Virus record (IMG/VR): IMGVR_UViG_3300049427_000004
Coordinates: 96,001 to 160,000 of that record
Origin: a virus
Direction: 5' to 3' (one strand)
DNA: 64,000 bases
Position numbers and translations under genes: made by a program. A model generated the notes under the pieces. It had not been told where the DNA came from. It saw only the letters and a program-made list of their open reading frames with translations, and made no database searches. This document shows, in pieces, positions 18,853 through 28,568 of the stretch (the first letter of the stretch is position 1; each line of letters begins with the position of its first letter).

Positions 18853-19137
18853 ATGCAAGACTATTTTCAACACGTTGCTAATTCATTGACTCATGACGAC
18901 ATGAAGGTTTTGGCTATTCTCATGGACAACGAAGCAAATGCTGGATTCAAAGCAATGAAGAACGCCGATGTCTTACCTGCCACGCAGTTATCGGAAGCAA
19001 CTTATCGTCGAATTATCTACCGTCTTAGTGCCAACAAATTTGTCGAAATTGTCACTCAACAAAAAATGCACATGCTTTACATTACTGAATTTGGAATGAA
19101 TGCAATTCGAACCACAGTGAATGGAGTTGGTGCTTAG
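18853..19137 (+). CDS. winged-helix protein, TubR-like adaptor candidate
   Basis: Start moved to ATG 18853 behind SD AGGAGGA; helix-turn-helix-wing QLSEATYRRIIYRLSANKFVEIVTQQKMHMLYITEFG; overlaps the tubZ start. Confidence 0.6.
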   Translation: MQDYFQHVANSLTHDDMKVLAILMDNEANAGFKAMKNADVLPATQLSEATYRRIIYRLSANKFVEIVTQQKMHMLYITEFGMNAIRTTVNGVGA

Positions 19138-20234
19138 TGCTTGCTGTAATTGGCTTAGGTCAGGCAGGATCAAACATTTCCGAAGAGGTTGGTAAATACG
19201 GAATATTGAATGGAGCAATAAATTACAGTCAGAAGGATCTCGATGCAGTTGAGGTTAAGCACAAACTCAGACTACTCGGCTCTGAGGGCGTAGGAAAACA
19301 GAGGTTTGATGCAATTAGTCTATTTCAACACCAATGGGAAACTGCAATTAACTTCATTCGTGACAACTTCAGTAATTCAAAGGTCATTGCATTCGCATTC
19401 TCTTCATCAGGAGGATCTGGTTCAGGAATTAGCCCAATACTGCTCGACATGGCTATCCAGATGTTCCCTGATAAAGTGTTCATTTCTCTAGTGGTTATCC
19501 CTGAGATAAAAGAAGCAGAGTCTAGCCAAGTAAATTGTGTTTCGACATTTGAGGAGTTATCTGCTTTAGATGTCGCGGTCTTTCCTGTCGACAACCAACA
19601 AATCCGTAATCAAAATCCTACTGTTGGAAAAAATCGACTTTATGAAATCTCAAATCAAGAAGCTGCTTCCCTCATTTGTAAATTGGCTGAATATACAAGT
19701 AAACATTCTAAAAACGGGAATTTCGATGAAAAGGATCTCTTAACTGTACTAAGAACACGAGGATTAGCAACAATTTCTGAAACACAACTATCATCATCTC
19801 TCCAAAGTATCAATCTCACATCTGAGGGTGTAGCAGATAAAGTCATCCAATCATGGGATAATTCAGTTTTTGCCCCACTTTCATCAGACAGTGTTCAAAA
19901 AGCAGCTGTCATATTTGACGGATCAGAATCTCTTATGGATTTCATTCGAGTAGAGACCTTATTTGAATCCTTTCAAAATCAACCAGTAGATATTTTCGAG
20001 GGATATTATCACGAAGGTAAAGGAAAGATACTGACGGTCTTAACAGGGCTTAAATGGTCATTTAAGAGGTTAGATGATATTGAAAAATCACTTATTAACA
20101 AGCAAAATCATGATGAAAGTGGGATTTCATCTGATATCGGTTACAAGGTTGATTCAAGCATTATTAGAGCATCTGCTAAGAAACAAGAAAAGAAAGTATC
20201 AGTAATGGATATTCTAAGCAAATACAATCGCTAA
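19137..20234 (+). CDS. tubZ: tubulin/FtsZ-family GTPase (TubZ/PhuZ-like)
   Basis: N-terminal VIGLGQAGSNI, signature loop SSGGSGSG, GVGK..DA, FPVDN, NFDEKDL. Confidence 0.85.
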   Translation: MLAVIGLGQAGSNISEEVGKYGILNGAINYSQKDLDAVEVKHKLRLLGSEGVGKQRFDAISLFQHQWETAINFIRDNFSNSKVIAFAFSSSGGSGSGISPILLDMAIQMFPDKVFISLVVIPEIKEAESSQVNCVSTFEELSALDVAVFPVDNQQIRNQNPTVGKNRLYEISNQEAASLICKLAEYTSKHSKNGNFDEKDLLTVLRTRGLATISETQLSSSLQSINLTSEGVADKVIQSWDNSVFAPLSSDSVQKAAVIFDGSESLMDFIRVETLFESFQNQPVDIFEGYYHEGKGKILTVLTGLKWSFKRLDDIEKSLINKQNHDESGISSDIGYKVDSSIIRASAKKQEKKVSVMDILSKYNR

Positions 20235-20260
20235 AACAAAATTAGAGGAGCGTGTTTATT

Positions 20261-20419
20261 ATGACAATGAAACAAACTATGAAAACTTTGATGGATCTTA
20301 AAAATAACGGAGTAGATATTTTCTTAACAGATGCTGGTTGGTCTTTATTAGTGAGGATTACTGCTGAACTGGAGAAGAACGAGGAAATTTCGGGAGAAGA
20401 TACAGATCAAGCGGTATAG
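20261..20419 (+). CDS. small acidic protein, 52 aa (not in ORF track)
   Basis: MTMKQTMKTLMDLKNNGVDIFLTDAGWSLLVRITAELEKNEEISGEDTDQAV*; SD AGAGGAG. Confidence 0.6.
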   Translation: MTMKQTMKTLMDLKNNGVDIFLTDAGWSLLVRITAELEKNEEISGEDTDQAV

Positions 20420-20431
20420 GACGGTGATAAC

Positions 20432-20602
20432 ATGAAAAAAAGAAATATATTGATCGCTGCAATCATGGTTGGTGTATATATTACTCTCCCTGCTTATCGC
20501 TATTATGCCATTGGAAGCTATATTGGTTATAAAATCTTAGCTGATAAACAAAATGGCTATAAAGTTGTTGCAAGAAAGCAAAAGAAACTCATTAAGGCTT
20601 AA
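20432..20602 (+). CDS. small membrane protein, 56 aa (not in ORF track)
   Basis: MKKRNILIAAIMVGVYITLPAYRYYAIGSYIGYKILADKQNGYKVVARKQKKLIKA*; SD GGACGGTGA. Confidence 0.6.
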   Translation: MKKRNILIAAIMVGVYITLPAYRYYAIGSYIGYKILADKQNGYKVVARKQKKLIKA

Positions 20603-20615
20603 TGATAAGTCATTT

Positions 20616-20654
20616 GAGGGTAGAAAACGACAAAAGGACATCCTTTCTACCCTC
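20616..20654. terminator. hairpin ending the tubZ operon
   Basis: GAGGGTAGAAA ... TTTCTACCCTC 11-bp stem. Confidence 0.55.
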
Positions 20655-20777
20655 TAGAACTCAAGAGTAGACTGTGGGCTATGTTATTGGGTCATCTCTT
20701 CCCCCAATATATTCGCATCCGTCAAAAAAAATGCATGTCATGCTTGTAACATTAGAAATTATATAGGAGTGATAACA

Positions 20778-21176
20778 ATGGCTAGGATTGAGTCAATGAC
20801 AATCAGCCAATTTATGAACCCTAATTACAATACTGAAAAAATATTAGATCCTCTCATCCGATTTTTAGATAAACACAAAGTAGTCTTTAGAGTTGTGGGC
20901 GTTACATTGATAATCTTTTCATCTGGTCTATTGGATACATCAGTATTTGCAGCAACAGGTATTGATGAAGGAGCAACAAAAATATATGAGAAGCTTATTA
21001 ATGTTGGAAAATGGGTCATTATCATTAAAGGTGGATGGGAGACCATCAATAACACCATCAAAGGAGATTTTGATACTGCTAAAAAATCATTTCTCCAGTA
21101 TTTAATTATATATGTAATACTTCTTGCTTTTCCTTGGGCTATGTCAGAGGTTGATGTTCTATTTCGTGATATATAG
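20778..21176 (+). CDS. membrane protein, pilin (VirB2/TrbC)-like topology
   Basis: Hydrophobic leader ending SVFAA followed by two further hydrophobic helices; SD AGGAGTGA. Confidence 0.55.
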   Translation: MARIESMTISQFMNPNYNTEKILDPLIRFLDKHKVVFRVVGVTLIIFSSGLLDTSVFAATGIDEGATKIYEKLINVGKWVIIIKGGWETINNTIKGDFDTAKKSFLQYLIIYVILLAFPWAMSEVDVLFRDI

Positions 21177-21187
21177 GGGGTATCCAA

Positions 21188-21484
21188 ATGATTATTAAAA
21201 TAAATCACATTCCCCTATCTGATATTGCAGATTCATTGTTCTTTCCTGAAGAAGCAAAAGAAACCGTTAAAGAATGGGCGAAAGAACAAGTGCAGGAAGC
21301 CATTATGGGAGCATTAGAAGCCATAAAAGAAGTTCTAGTCGATTTGAGTTTTAGCTTAGCATTAGTAGGAGGTGTATTATGTGTCCTGTTCTGGGTTGTA
21401 GGCTGGAAGGACGGTAAGAGGTGGGCAGCAATACTATTCCTTGCTAATGTGTTAATAAAATTACTTCTTGGTGGTGCTGCATAA
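21188..21484 (+). CDS. two-TM membrane protein (VirB2/VirB3-like size)
   Basis: LSFSLALVGGVLCVLFWVVGW and WAAILFLANVLIKLLLGG; stop overlaps the ATPase start. Confidence 0.65.
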   Translation: MIIKINHIPLSDIADSLFFPEEAKETVKEWAKEQVQEAIMGALEAIKEVLVDLSFSLALVGGVLCVLFWVVGWKDGKRWAAILFLANVLIKLLLGGAA

Positions 21485-23883
21485 TGAAAAAATCAATAAA
21501 ATTGAGCGATTATATTCAAATTATTAGGCCAGAATACGTCTTTCTTAAGCTTAAACCTAATAATTCCATCAGAAATAATGGAACCCATAAGGTCGCAAGA
21601 GCCATTAGTGGATTGTATAGGAATGTTTTTGAAAGCATTAAGCGTGAAGAAGAGAAACTGGTAAAGTTGTTTGGCAAAGAATTTATATTACCTACCAAGA
21701 TCAGTATCCACCCAAATATAAAAGTAGGATACTTAATATACATGGAAAAGAAAAAAGTGGATTTTTATCTAATTGTGCCAAAAACTCAATTATCATTTAT
21801 CAAAGAAAAAATTAGTGATGTCTGGACTAATATTACTATTGATCAGATTGCAGTACTCCCCTGTTTTACTGACAATTCAACTAAGCACCAAATTATATAT
21901 AAAAAAGAAGACGGATTGAGTTTAGCAGTAGATAGAAGAAATAACGAATTATTGAACAGTAATCTGAATGTTGTTGAGATGCTGGAGGAAGGTGATCGAG
22001 TTGGCGTTTTTTACAACTTCCTCCCTTCAACTCAACATGGTTGGAAGTTTAAACACAAAGCAACAATTGATAAATATAAAAGTGGTAAACCTGTGGATCG
22101 CAATAAAGCTGGTTGGTCTTATATTCTTAGGTGGGGTGCAGCTACTATCGATGGAGTCTTAGCGTCTTTCGCGGAAGCAATATCAGGCAGTGATGGTAAA
22201 TCCAAAAGTAAAGATGAAGATGACGTAGGATTGTTAACAAAATTATTTGAGGGAATGAACGGACAAAAGAAACTAAGCGATTGGTCATTAAAAAAGGGGA
22301 ACTCTTCTACCCTTCCGCTACAAATTGTGACCATGACAGATAGCACAGACAAAATTCGCGAGAGAAATATTTCAAGAAGTCTAGCTCAAAGCTTTGATAC
22401 AATCAGTGAGGATAATGAATTAATTTATAAACCCTTTAAAAAAACATTTAACTATACAGATTATTCTATTGGCGCAGAACGTAACTGCATAGGTGATGAG
22501 GAAGCTCAAAATTTCCTGTCTTTGGCAGGAAGAGATGTGCTAGAGAGATATAATTTTATTGAAAAAGTAGAAACAAATGAAACAGAAGTTCCAGAAGATC
22601 TACAACAAGGAGTGATGTGTATTGGTGAAAATATATATCGAGGCAAAAAACAACGAGCCTTTTTAAGCAATGATATTGAATTTAGAAATCTCCTACTATT
22701 ACTCATTGGCCCCACTCGCGCAGGTAAAAGTAATTTAATTAGCCATTTAAGTATAGATGCAATTGAAAATGGCGAGTGCGTGATTATTTTCGACTTTATT
22801 GAAAACTGTGAATTAAGTGATAGTGTCGCAAAGCTTTTTCCAAAAGAAAAAGTATTGGAAATAAGGTGTGATGATTTTAACGCTATGCAAGGACTCGGAT
22901 ACAATGAAGTCGGTAAAAGCAATGACACTTTCAAGCAATATGAAAACGCTAAGCGTCAAACTACAAATGTGCTCACATTAGTCAATTCAATTAATGCGGA
23001 TGAAAGTCGATTAAGTCCTAAGATGGAACGATATTTAGAAAGTGCTAGTCTAATCGTTTTTATTAGCAATGGAAGCATAAAGGATGTATTTGGTGTTCTT
23101 ACTAATTTTAAAATCAGATATCAGTATCTTAAAAAAGTTCCCATGACTCAGTTTGAAAATTTAGAAGAATACATTGATAACTTGCATGAGCTTGATGAAA
23201 CTGATAAAGAGGGATTGGTTACTGGAACAAAAACAAATCTTATCGTAGGAATTATTGACCGACTAAACACACTTAAGCGAAATACCTATATGGAACTCAT
23301 GCTTAAAAAAGATACATCGAAGAACATTGACCTTAGCGAAGAAATGCAAAAAAATCAATTAATTGTTGTTCGGATGCCTCAATCGATGTTCACTGTTGAT
23401 AGCGAACGAGATGTCTACACTCTCTTCTGGTTAAGTAAACTCTGGCTTGCAGCTCAGGTTCGAGCGGAAAGAATCAAGGATAAGACTAAGAGAACAAAAA
23501 TTAATCTTGTTATTGATGAATTGTATCAAGTGTCGAATACCGAGAAATTTCTAACAACCAAACTATCTCAAATGGCTAAATTCATTGTGAAGCCAATAGT
23601 TAGTTGTCACTATATAAACCAGTTAAAACATATGAGAGATGAATTAAGAAGTGCTAATACTTCATACATGCTCTTAGCTGGATCAGATAAGAAAAATTAT
23701 GACGAATTAAAAAACGAACTATTTCCATTTACTGATGAAGATCTTAAAGATATGAAACGATATTACTCGATGAACTATGTAAAAAACAAAGACGGATACT
23801 CTCGGTTCATTACTGCTTTACCAGATAAAGTAGAAAAAAGAATCAAAAAAGGAACGGTGAAAACAGATGATATTAAAAATTAA
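21484..23883 (+). CDS. P-loop ATPase of the FtsK/HerA/VirB4/VirD4 superfamily
   Basis: Walker A IGPTRAGKS, IIFDF, Walker B LVIDE, HYINQL; large N-terminal domain. Confidence 0.8.
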   Translation: MKKSIKLSDYIQIIRPEYVFLKLKPNNSIRNNGTHKVARAISGLYRNVFESIKREEEKLVKLFGKEFILPTKISIHPNIKVGYLIYMEKKKVDFYLIVPKTQLSFIKEKISDVWTNITIDQIAVLPCFTDNSTKHQIIYKKEDGLSLAVDRRNNELLNSNLNVVEMLEEGDRVGVFYNFLPSTQHGWKFKHKATIDKYKSGKPVDRNKAGWSYILRWGAATIDGVLASFAEAISGSDGKSKSKDEDDVGLLTKLFEGMNGQKKLSDWSLKKGNSSTLPLQIVTMTDSTDKIRERNISRSLAQSFDTISEDNELIYKPFKKTFNYTDYSIGAERNCIGDEEAQNFLSLAGRDVLERYNFIEKVETNETEVPEDLQQGVMCIGENIYRGKKQRAFLSNDIEFRNLLLLLIGPTRAGKSNLISHLSIDAIENGECVIIFDFIENCELSDSVAKLFPKEKVLEIRCDDFNAMQGLGYNEVGKSNDTFKQYENAKRQTTNVLTLVNSINADESRLSPKMERYLESASLIVFISNGSIKDVFGVLTNFKIRYQYLKKVPMTQFENLEEYIDNLHELDETDKEGLVTGTKTNLIVGIIDRLNTLKRNTYMELMLKKDTSKNIDLSEEMQKNQLIVVRMPQSMFTVDSERDVYTLFWLSKLWLAAQVRAERIKDKTKRTKINLVIDELYQVSNTEKFLTTKLSQMAKFIVKPIVSCHYINQLKHMRDELRSANTSYMLLAGSDKKNYDELKNELFPFTDEDLKDMKRYYSMNYVKNKDGYSRFITALPDKVEKRIKKGTVKTDDIKN

Positions 23884-24106
23884 CGGCTCACCAATTAGTG
23901 AATCTATCAGTGTATGTGAGGACGGTTTGAATTTCAACTTGGATCTTTGTGATTTGTATGATATTGTTCACACACCTGTTAATGTGGACATCTCTTATAA
24001 TGGTCATAATATTATCAATGGAGACATCAATACATTTAATTGGGCGCAGTCTGGAGTTGAAAAAATTGGTGACGGAATAGGATTAATAATCGATCATTTA
24101 TTCTGA
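23867..24106 (+). CDS. hypothetical protein
   Basis: 79-aa ORF overlapping the ATPase 3' end, followed by hairpin 24105-24129. Confidence 0.5.
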   Translation: MILKINGSPISESISVCEDGLNFNLDLCDLYDIVHTPVNVDISYNGHNIINGDINTFNWAQSGVEKIGDGIGLIIDHLF

Positions 24107-24158
24107 GGAGTCCCAAAAGGACTTCTCTTCCCTTTTTAAAAGCGAAAAATTAAAATCA

Positions 24159-24224
24159 TTGACAAATCTTTGGAAATGATGTTACATTGATCTTGCAAAC
24201 AAGAGATAAATATTCTTGATTTGC
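24159..24224 (+). promoter_or_regulatory. sigmaA promoter plus downstream inverted-repeat operator for the RNAP operon
   Basis: TTGACA (24159) -18- TACATT (24183); GCAAACAAGA-N9-TCTTGATTTGC at 24195-24224. Confidence 0.6.
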
Positions 24225-24280
24225 CGAATCTTATTAGAGAGGGTTGATTAAATAAAAAATATGAAAAAGGTGATTTTAAG

Positions 24281-24493
24281 ATGGGGAATCTATCAAGGTT
24301 GACGTGGCAGGACGCTTACTATGACGGTAATATTGACGAACGTTATGAAGTATTTTGCGAAGAGAATCAGAATACATATGCAAGAAAAGGGAATGACGGA
24401 TGGGACACACATACCAGCAGCGACAAGAGGTATGAAGATGATTTTTCATATGAACGAAAGTTGATGAGTGGAGAAATAAAACGGATTAGGTAG
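24281..24493 (+). CDS. hypothetical protein
   Basis: 70-aa ORF, SD AAGGTGA. Confidence 0.6.
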   Translation: MGNLSRLTWQDAYYDGNIDERYEVFCEENQNTYARKGNDGWDTHTSSDKRYEDDFSYERKLMSGEIKRIR

Positions 24494-24505
24494 GTGAAAC
24501 TATAG

Positions 24506-25795
24506 TTGGAAAGCAATTATGTTAAATTGTGGTTTGCATATGATATTAATAACCAAATAACCTACATATCAAGTATTAATGAATCTAACAAATACAATAC
24601 ATATAATTGTCCTATTTGCTCATCTACCGTCATACCAAAAGCGCTTAATTCATCAAAAGTTGCATCTCATTTCGCCCATGACGATTCGACTCAGTGTAAT
24701 TCAGAGACAATGATTCACTGGTGGTTTAAAAACAAATTTATTGAATGTGGCGATAGAATAATAATCCATGGACAAGATAAAACATACATCTGTTCTGAAG
24801 TAATTGTTGAACAATCAATACATACTTCTCATGGCATTTATCGCCCTGACATTACGATCAAAACAAAATGTAGCGAAATTATATATTTTGAAATGAATTA
24901 TCGAAATAAGAAGAAAACTGAAGATTATATAGATAAATGGTTAGAGTTAAAGAAAACAGTTGTAGAAGTAGACATTAAAGACTTGTTGTTAGGTAATGAA
25001 GCATCTAGCTTTACTCCCCTTTTCTCCAATGGAAAGATAATTAATTCTAAGAAGAATGATACATATTACAATACCATCGGTAAGTATAAAGAAATTGTTC
25101 TGTATGATTTTGTCACAGATGAGCAAAAGAAAAGAATTGAAAAATTGGATTGGTTATGGCGTGAAATAACAAATTATAAACTCGGAACCATTTCAATAGA
25201 TCGTATTTCCCTAATTATCGATTCCATTGATCAGGAAGGCAGAGGCGTTGTAGATGAGGTGCTAAAGTCAGCAAAATGCAGTAAACTTTATAAAGATTAT
25301 AAAAACTATAAAAAACAATTTGAAGAACTCCAACTAGATTTTACTCCAGAAGACCTAACTAATAAAGTATCATTTGTGAATGAAAATCAATGCATTAATC
25401 CTTACGAATTAAAATTAGTTAGTACCAAAAAATACAAATCAGAAAGTTATTATAATGGCAGCAGAAAGCATATGTATAAAACAAGACAATATTTTAGCCA
25501 CTACACTTTTTCAGTGGTACTGAAGTGTAAAGAAAAAATAATTAATCGTATTTCAGTATTAAATAAAGATTATGAGAAACTTGTTAATACAAATTTTCTC
25601 ACTGAATGGACTATTCAAATTACAAAAAACCATAAGATTGGTAACAGATGCGTAGAATGCAATAAGGTATTTAATATGGAGTTTAAAGAGTTGAAGTATT
25701 ATTCAGACAAAAATTTTAAAATTCCAAAACGTTGCCCTGTATGTAAAAGTAAAAGAAAAAACAATCAAGATCGGAGGACTTCTATTATTGAGTAA
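24506..25795 (+). CDS. CoiA-like zinc ribbon + PD-(D/E)xK nuclease-like protein with C-terminal zinc ribbon
   Basis: YNCPICSSTVIPK..HFAH; YRPDITIK..IYFEM; C-terminal CVECNKVF..PKRCPVCK. Confidence 0.65.
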   Translation: MESNYVKLWFAYDINNQITYISSINESNKYNTYNCPICSSTVIPKALNSSKVASHFAHDDSTQCNSETMIHWWFKNKFIECGDRIIIHGQDKTYICSEVIVEQSIHTSHGIYRPDITIKTKCSEIIYFEMNYRNKKKTEDYIDKWLELKKTVVEVDIKDLLLGNEASSFTPLFSNGKIINSKKNDTYYNTIGKYKEIVLYDFVTDEQKKRIEKLDWLWREITNYKLGTISIDRISLIIDSIDQEGRGVVDEVLKSAKCSKLYKDYKNYKKQFEELQLDFTPEDLTNKVSFVNENQCINPYELKLVSTKKYKSESYYNGSRKHMYKTRQYFSHYTFSVVLKCKEKIINRISVLNKDYEKLVNTNFLTEWTIQITKNHKIGNRCVECNKVFNMEFKELKYYSDKNFKIPKRCPVCKSKRKNNQDRRTSIIE

Positions 25796-28568
25796 ACAAA
25801 AATCCAGTTTAAAATACATATTTAAAATCAACTCGTCGCGAATAAGAAGTGCGAATTGGAATCTTAACCTATCCTCTTCTGAAGCATTTAAAAACGAGGA
25901 AATTGTTTCATTAGCTGATAGCACAACTCTTAGATTCATAAGGAATATCAAAGGTCTTAATGATGATGAAATTGAAAATCAAGTTAAAGTAACAAAAAAA
26001 CAAATTAAAATATTAAAATCATATCCTACAACACCTGAACATAGAAAGAATATCAGAAAACAGTACGATTTATTGTTCGATTTGACGTTTGTCAAGGATT
26101 ATATATGCATTGTTATGGACAGCAATAAAGACTTTGACAGGTTGAATAGCAAAAAAGGATTCTATATAAACGGCGTTAAATTTAAACGACTCTTGGCTAC
26201 AACAGGAGGAGCAAAAAATAGCACCGTTGTATACGTAAGTGATTTGATACATAGCGAGTTAAATATACGTCTAGAAAACGGTAGAGATGCAAGCAAACCT
26301 TTTGTTCCAGCTAAGCTTGAGGCCTACAAGTCTCTAGCATGCAGCGCAAGCGTCACAGTACCAAATCCAACAGGAATTTTAGTTGTGAATGACTGCGTAA
26401 CAAATTTCACTTCGGACATAGTCAAGATTGATGACACCTATGGTGAGTATCCTTCAATGACATATGAAAAAGACAGCATAGTAGAGTTAAATGATAGTGA
26501 TGGATATGGTTTGATCCTCCCTTCTCTCAGCAAGCATTGGGCCGAATTTTTAGGAGAAGATTACACCCCAAGTGGTTATTGTTTGAGGGGATCATTTACA
26601 AAGGGTATGGTTTTTAGTTTTGACTTTCTTGATTTTGCGAATAAAATATCTGGAACAACTAAAGTCATAGATGCTTGGGGAAATATGAAGGATTTAATTG
26701 ATGATCAGATTCAATTAATTCTAACAACTTCTATGTTAAAACTGTGGGACAGTTACAACAACATTGAACATTACCTGCGTTGTTGTGATGAAAACGGTTA
26801 TGAATGGAGTGTCACCAAGGTAATACCGAAGCAGCTTGAAAATGAAAGAAATTTAAACTACCAATTCATACAATCTTTAAATCTCAGTGACAATGATATT
26901 GATGAATTAATTGAGCCTACAATTACAGAAATCAAAGATGTTCTAAGTGAAGATTGGAGAAAAAGTCTGCTGTTCTTAAAAGGATCGCATTTACATGATA
27001 AGAGCTTTACACAATCGGATAGTGATTTCTCAAAAGCACTAATGGTAGACAAAGAAATGATAAAAGATCCATTTGTAAGAACAAGAATACATAATATGAC
27101 TAAAAAAAGAATAAACGATGCCAAAACAGGAGTTCTCAGAGTAAAAGGAAATTTTTCTATTGTTTCAGGAGACCCGTATAGCCTCTGTCAGTCGATTTTT
27201 GGTATGGAGGTTACGGGATTACTCAAGGCAGGAGAATTTTATTCGAATTACTGGAATGAAAAGAATATTGATAAGGTGGCATGCTTTAGAGCGCCAATGA
27301 CATGTCACAATAACATACGAATACTTAGATTTAAAAATACTGAAGTTATGAACTATTGGTATCAGTATATGAGCACTGTTACAATTTTTAACTCATGGGA
27401 TACGACAGCTCACGCCTTAAATGGTTTGGATAAAGATGGCGATTCAGTAATGACTACCCCATCCCCTGTCATCCTTAGGGCAATTAGAGAGTTAGAAGCA
27501 ATCTTATGTGTACAAAAAACAGCAAATAAAATCATTGCCACAGAAGATGATTTTATAAAAGCAAACAAGAACAGTTTTGGAGATGCCATAGGTTCTATAA
27601 CCAATCGAATCACATCTATGTTCGACGTTCAAGCAAAGTATGACAGAGCAAGTGAAGAGTACAAGGAATTAGAATACAGAATTATCTGTGGTCAGAATTA
27701 TCAGCAAAACGCAATAGACAAGTCTAAAGGAATCGTAAGTAAAGCGATGCCAAAAGATTGGTATGATTACAAATCAAATATGCCTTCTAATGATGAAGAA
27801 GAAGATATTAATGAGCAAAGGGATTTTAATATAAGCATCTTAGCTGATAAAAAACCGTATTTCTTCTCATACATATATCCACATTTGATGAAGCAGCATA
27901 GACTATACATAGCAAATACAACCAAGAATGCTTACAAACGATTCGATCTAAGTGTTGAAGAATTAATTGCAAAAGAAGGTAAAAATGAAGATGAAGAGAA
28001 TTTTCTAAAGTTTTATCATTATAAAACTCCTCTTTCAATGGCTGATTCAGTAATGAATAATATTTGTCGTAAAATTGAGGGTGAGTTTGATAACGTTAGA
28101 GTCACCCTCAAGAAAGTTGAATTTGATCATACAATACTTATGAGTAACGCTACTTATACTAAGGGTCGGTTTGCAGCTATAAAGGAACTTTATAAGCAAT
28201 ACCTCACTCAGGTTAGGGAATATGTAAAATCATCTAAGTCGATGAAAATTGATAAAGATGAGCGACAAAGTAAACGTGCTGAATTTGTGGAATCCTTTAA
28301 AAAAGAAGCATCAATGCTTTGTAATTGTATAGAGGAGCTAACCAATATTGTAGTTGAAGTTTGCTACAGCAACGGAAGCGATAATTCTAAGCAATTTGCT
28401 TGGGACATATGTGGAGAACAAATGATCAAAAATTTACTTAAGAGGAATAATAATACGATCCACTACCCCGTATTGGATTCACTTGGAGACATCGAATTTG
28501 GTGGAGAAAAATTTAAATTAGTTTCTAATGTATTGGAGGATTGCGATATTGAAAGTAGTTTTAAATGA
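25788..28568 (+). CDS. yonO: single-subunit phage RNA polymerase (SPbeta YonO family, RdRP-like double-psi barrel)
   Basis: 926 aa; catalytic NGLDKDGD (27429-27443), CFRAPMT, SDGYG, QNAIDKSKG motifs; position before HU as in SPbeta. Confidence 0.9.
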   Translation: MSKQKSSLKYIFKINSSRIRSANWNLNLSSSEAFKNEEIVSLADSTTLRFIRNIKGLNDDEIENQVKVTKKQIKILKSYPTTPEHRKNIRKQYDLLFDLTFVKDYICIVMDSNKDFDRLNSKKGFYINGVKFKRLLATTGGAKNSTVVYVSDLIHSELNIRLENGRDASKPFVPAKLEAYKSLACSASVTVPNPTGILVVNDCVTNFTSDIVKIDDTYGEYPSMTYEKDSIVELNDSDGYGLILPSLSKHWAEFLGEDYTPSGYCLRGSFTKGMVFSFDFLDFANKISGTTKVIDAWGNMKDLIDDQIQLILTTSMLKLWDSYNNIEHYLRCCDENGYEWSVTKVIPKQLENERNLNYQFIQSLNLSDNDIDELIEPTITEIKDVLSEDWRKSLLFLKGSHLHDKSFTQSDSDFSKALMVDKEMIKDPFVRTRIHNMTKKRINDAKTGVLRVKGNFSIVSGDPYSLCQSIFGMEVTGLLKAGEFYSNYWNEKNIDKVACFRAPMTCHNNIRILRFKNTEVMNYWYQYMSTVTIFNSWDTTAHALNGLDKDGDSVMTTPSPVILRAIRELEAILCVQKTANKIIATEDDFIKANKNSFGDAIGSITNRITSMFDVQAKYDRASEEYKELEYRIICGQNYQQNAIDKSKGIVSKAMPKDWYDYKSNMPSNDEEEDINEQRDFNISILADKKPYFFSYIYPHLMKQHRLYIANTTKNAYKRFDLSVEELIAKEGKNEDEENFLKFYHYKTPLSMADSVMNNICRKIEGEFDNVRVTLKKVEFDHTILMSNATYTKGRFAAIKELYKQYLTQVREYVKSSKSMKIDKDERQSKRAEFVESFKKEASMLCNCIEELTNIVVEVCYSNGSDNSKQFAWDICGEQMIKNLLKRNNNTIHYPVLDSLGDIEFGGEKFKLVSNVLEDCDIESSFK

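Noticed and set aside
20700-20760. Possible sporulation-sigma promoter for the membrane/ATPase module (GCATC-N19-CATGCTT)
   Set aside because: Spacing and both boxes deviate from sigmaG/E/K consensus; not supportable without TSS data.
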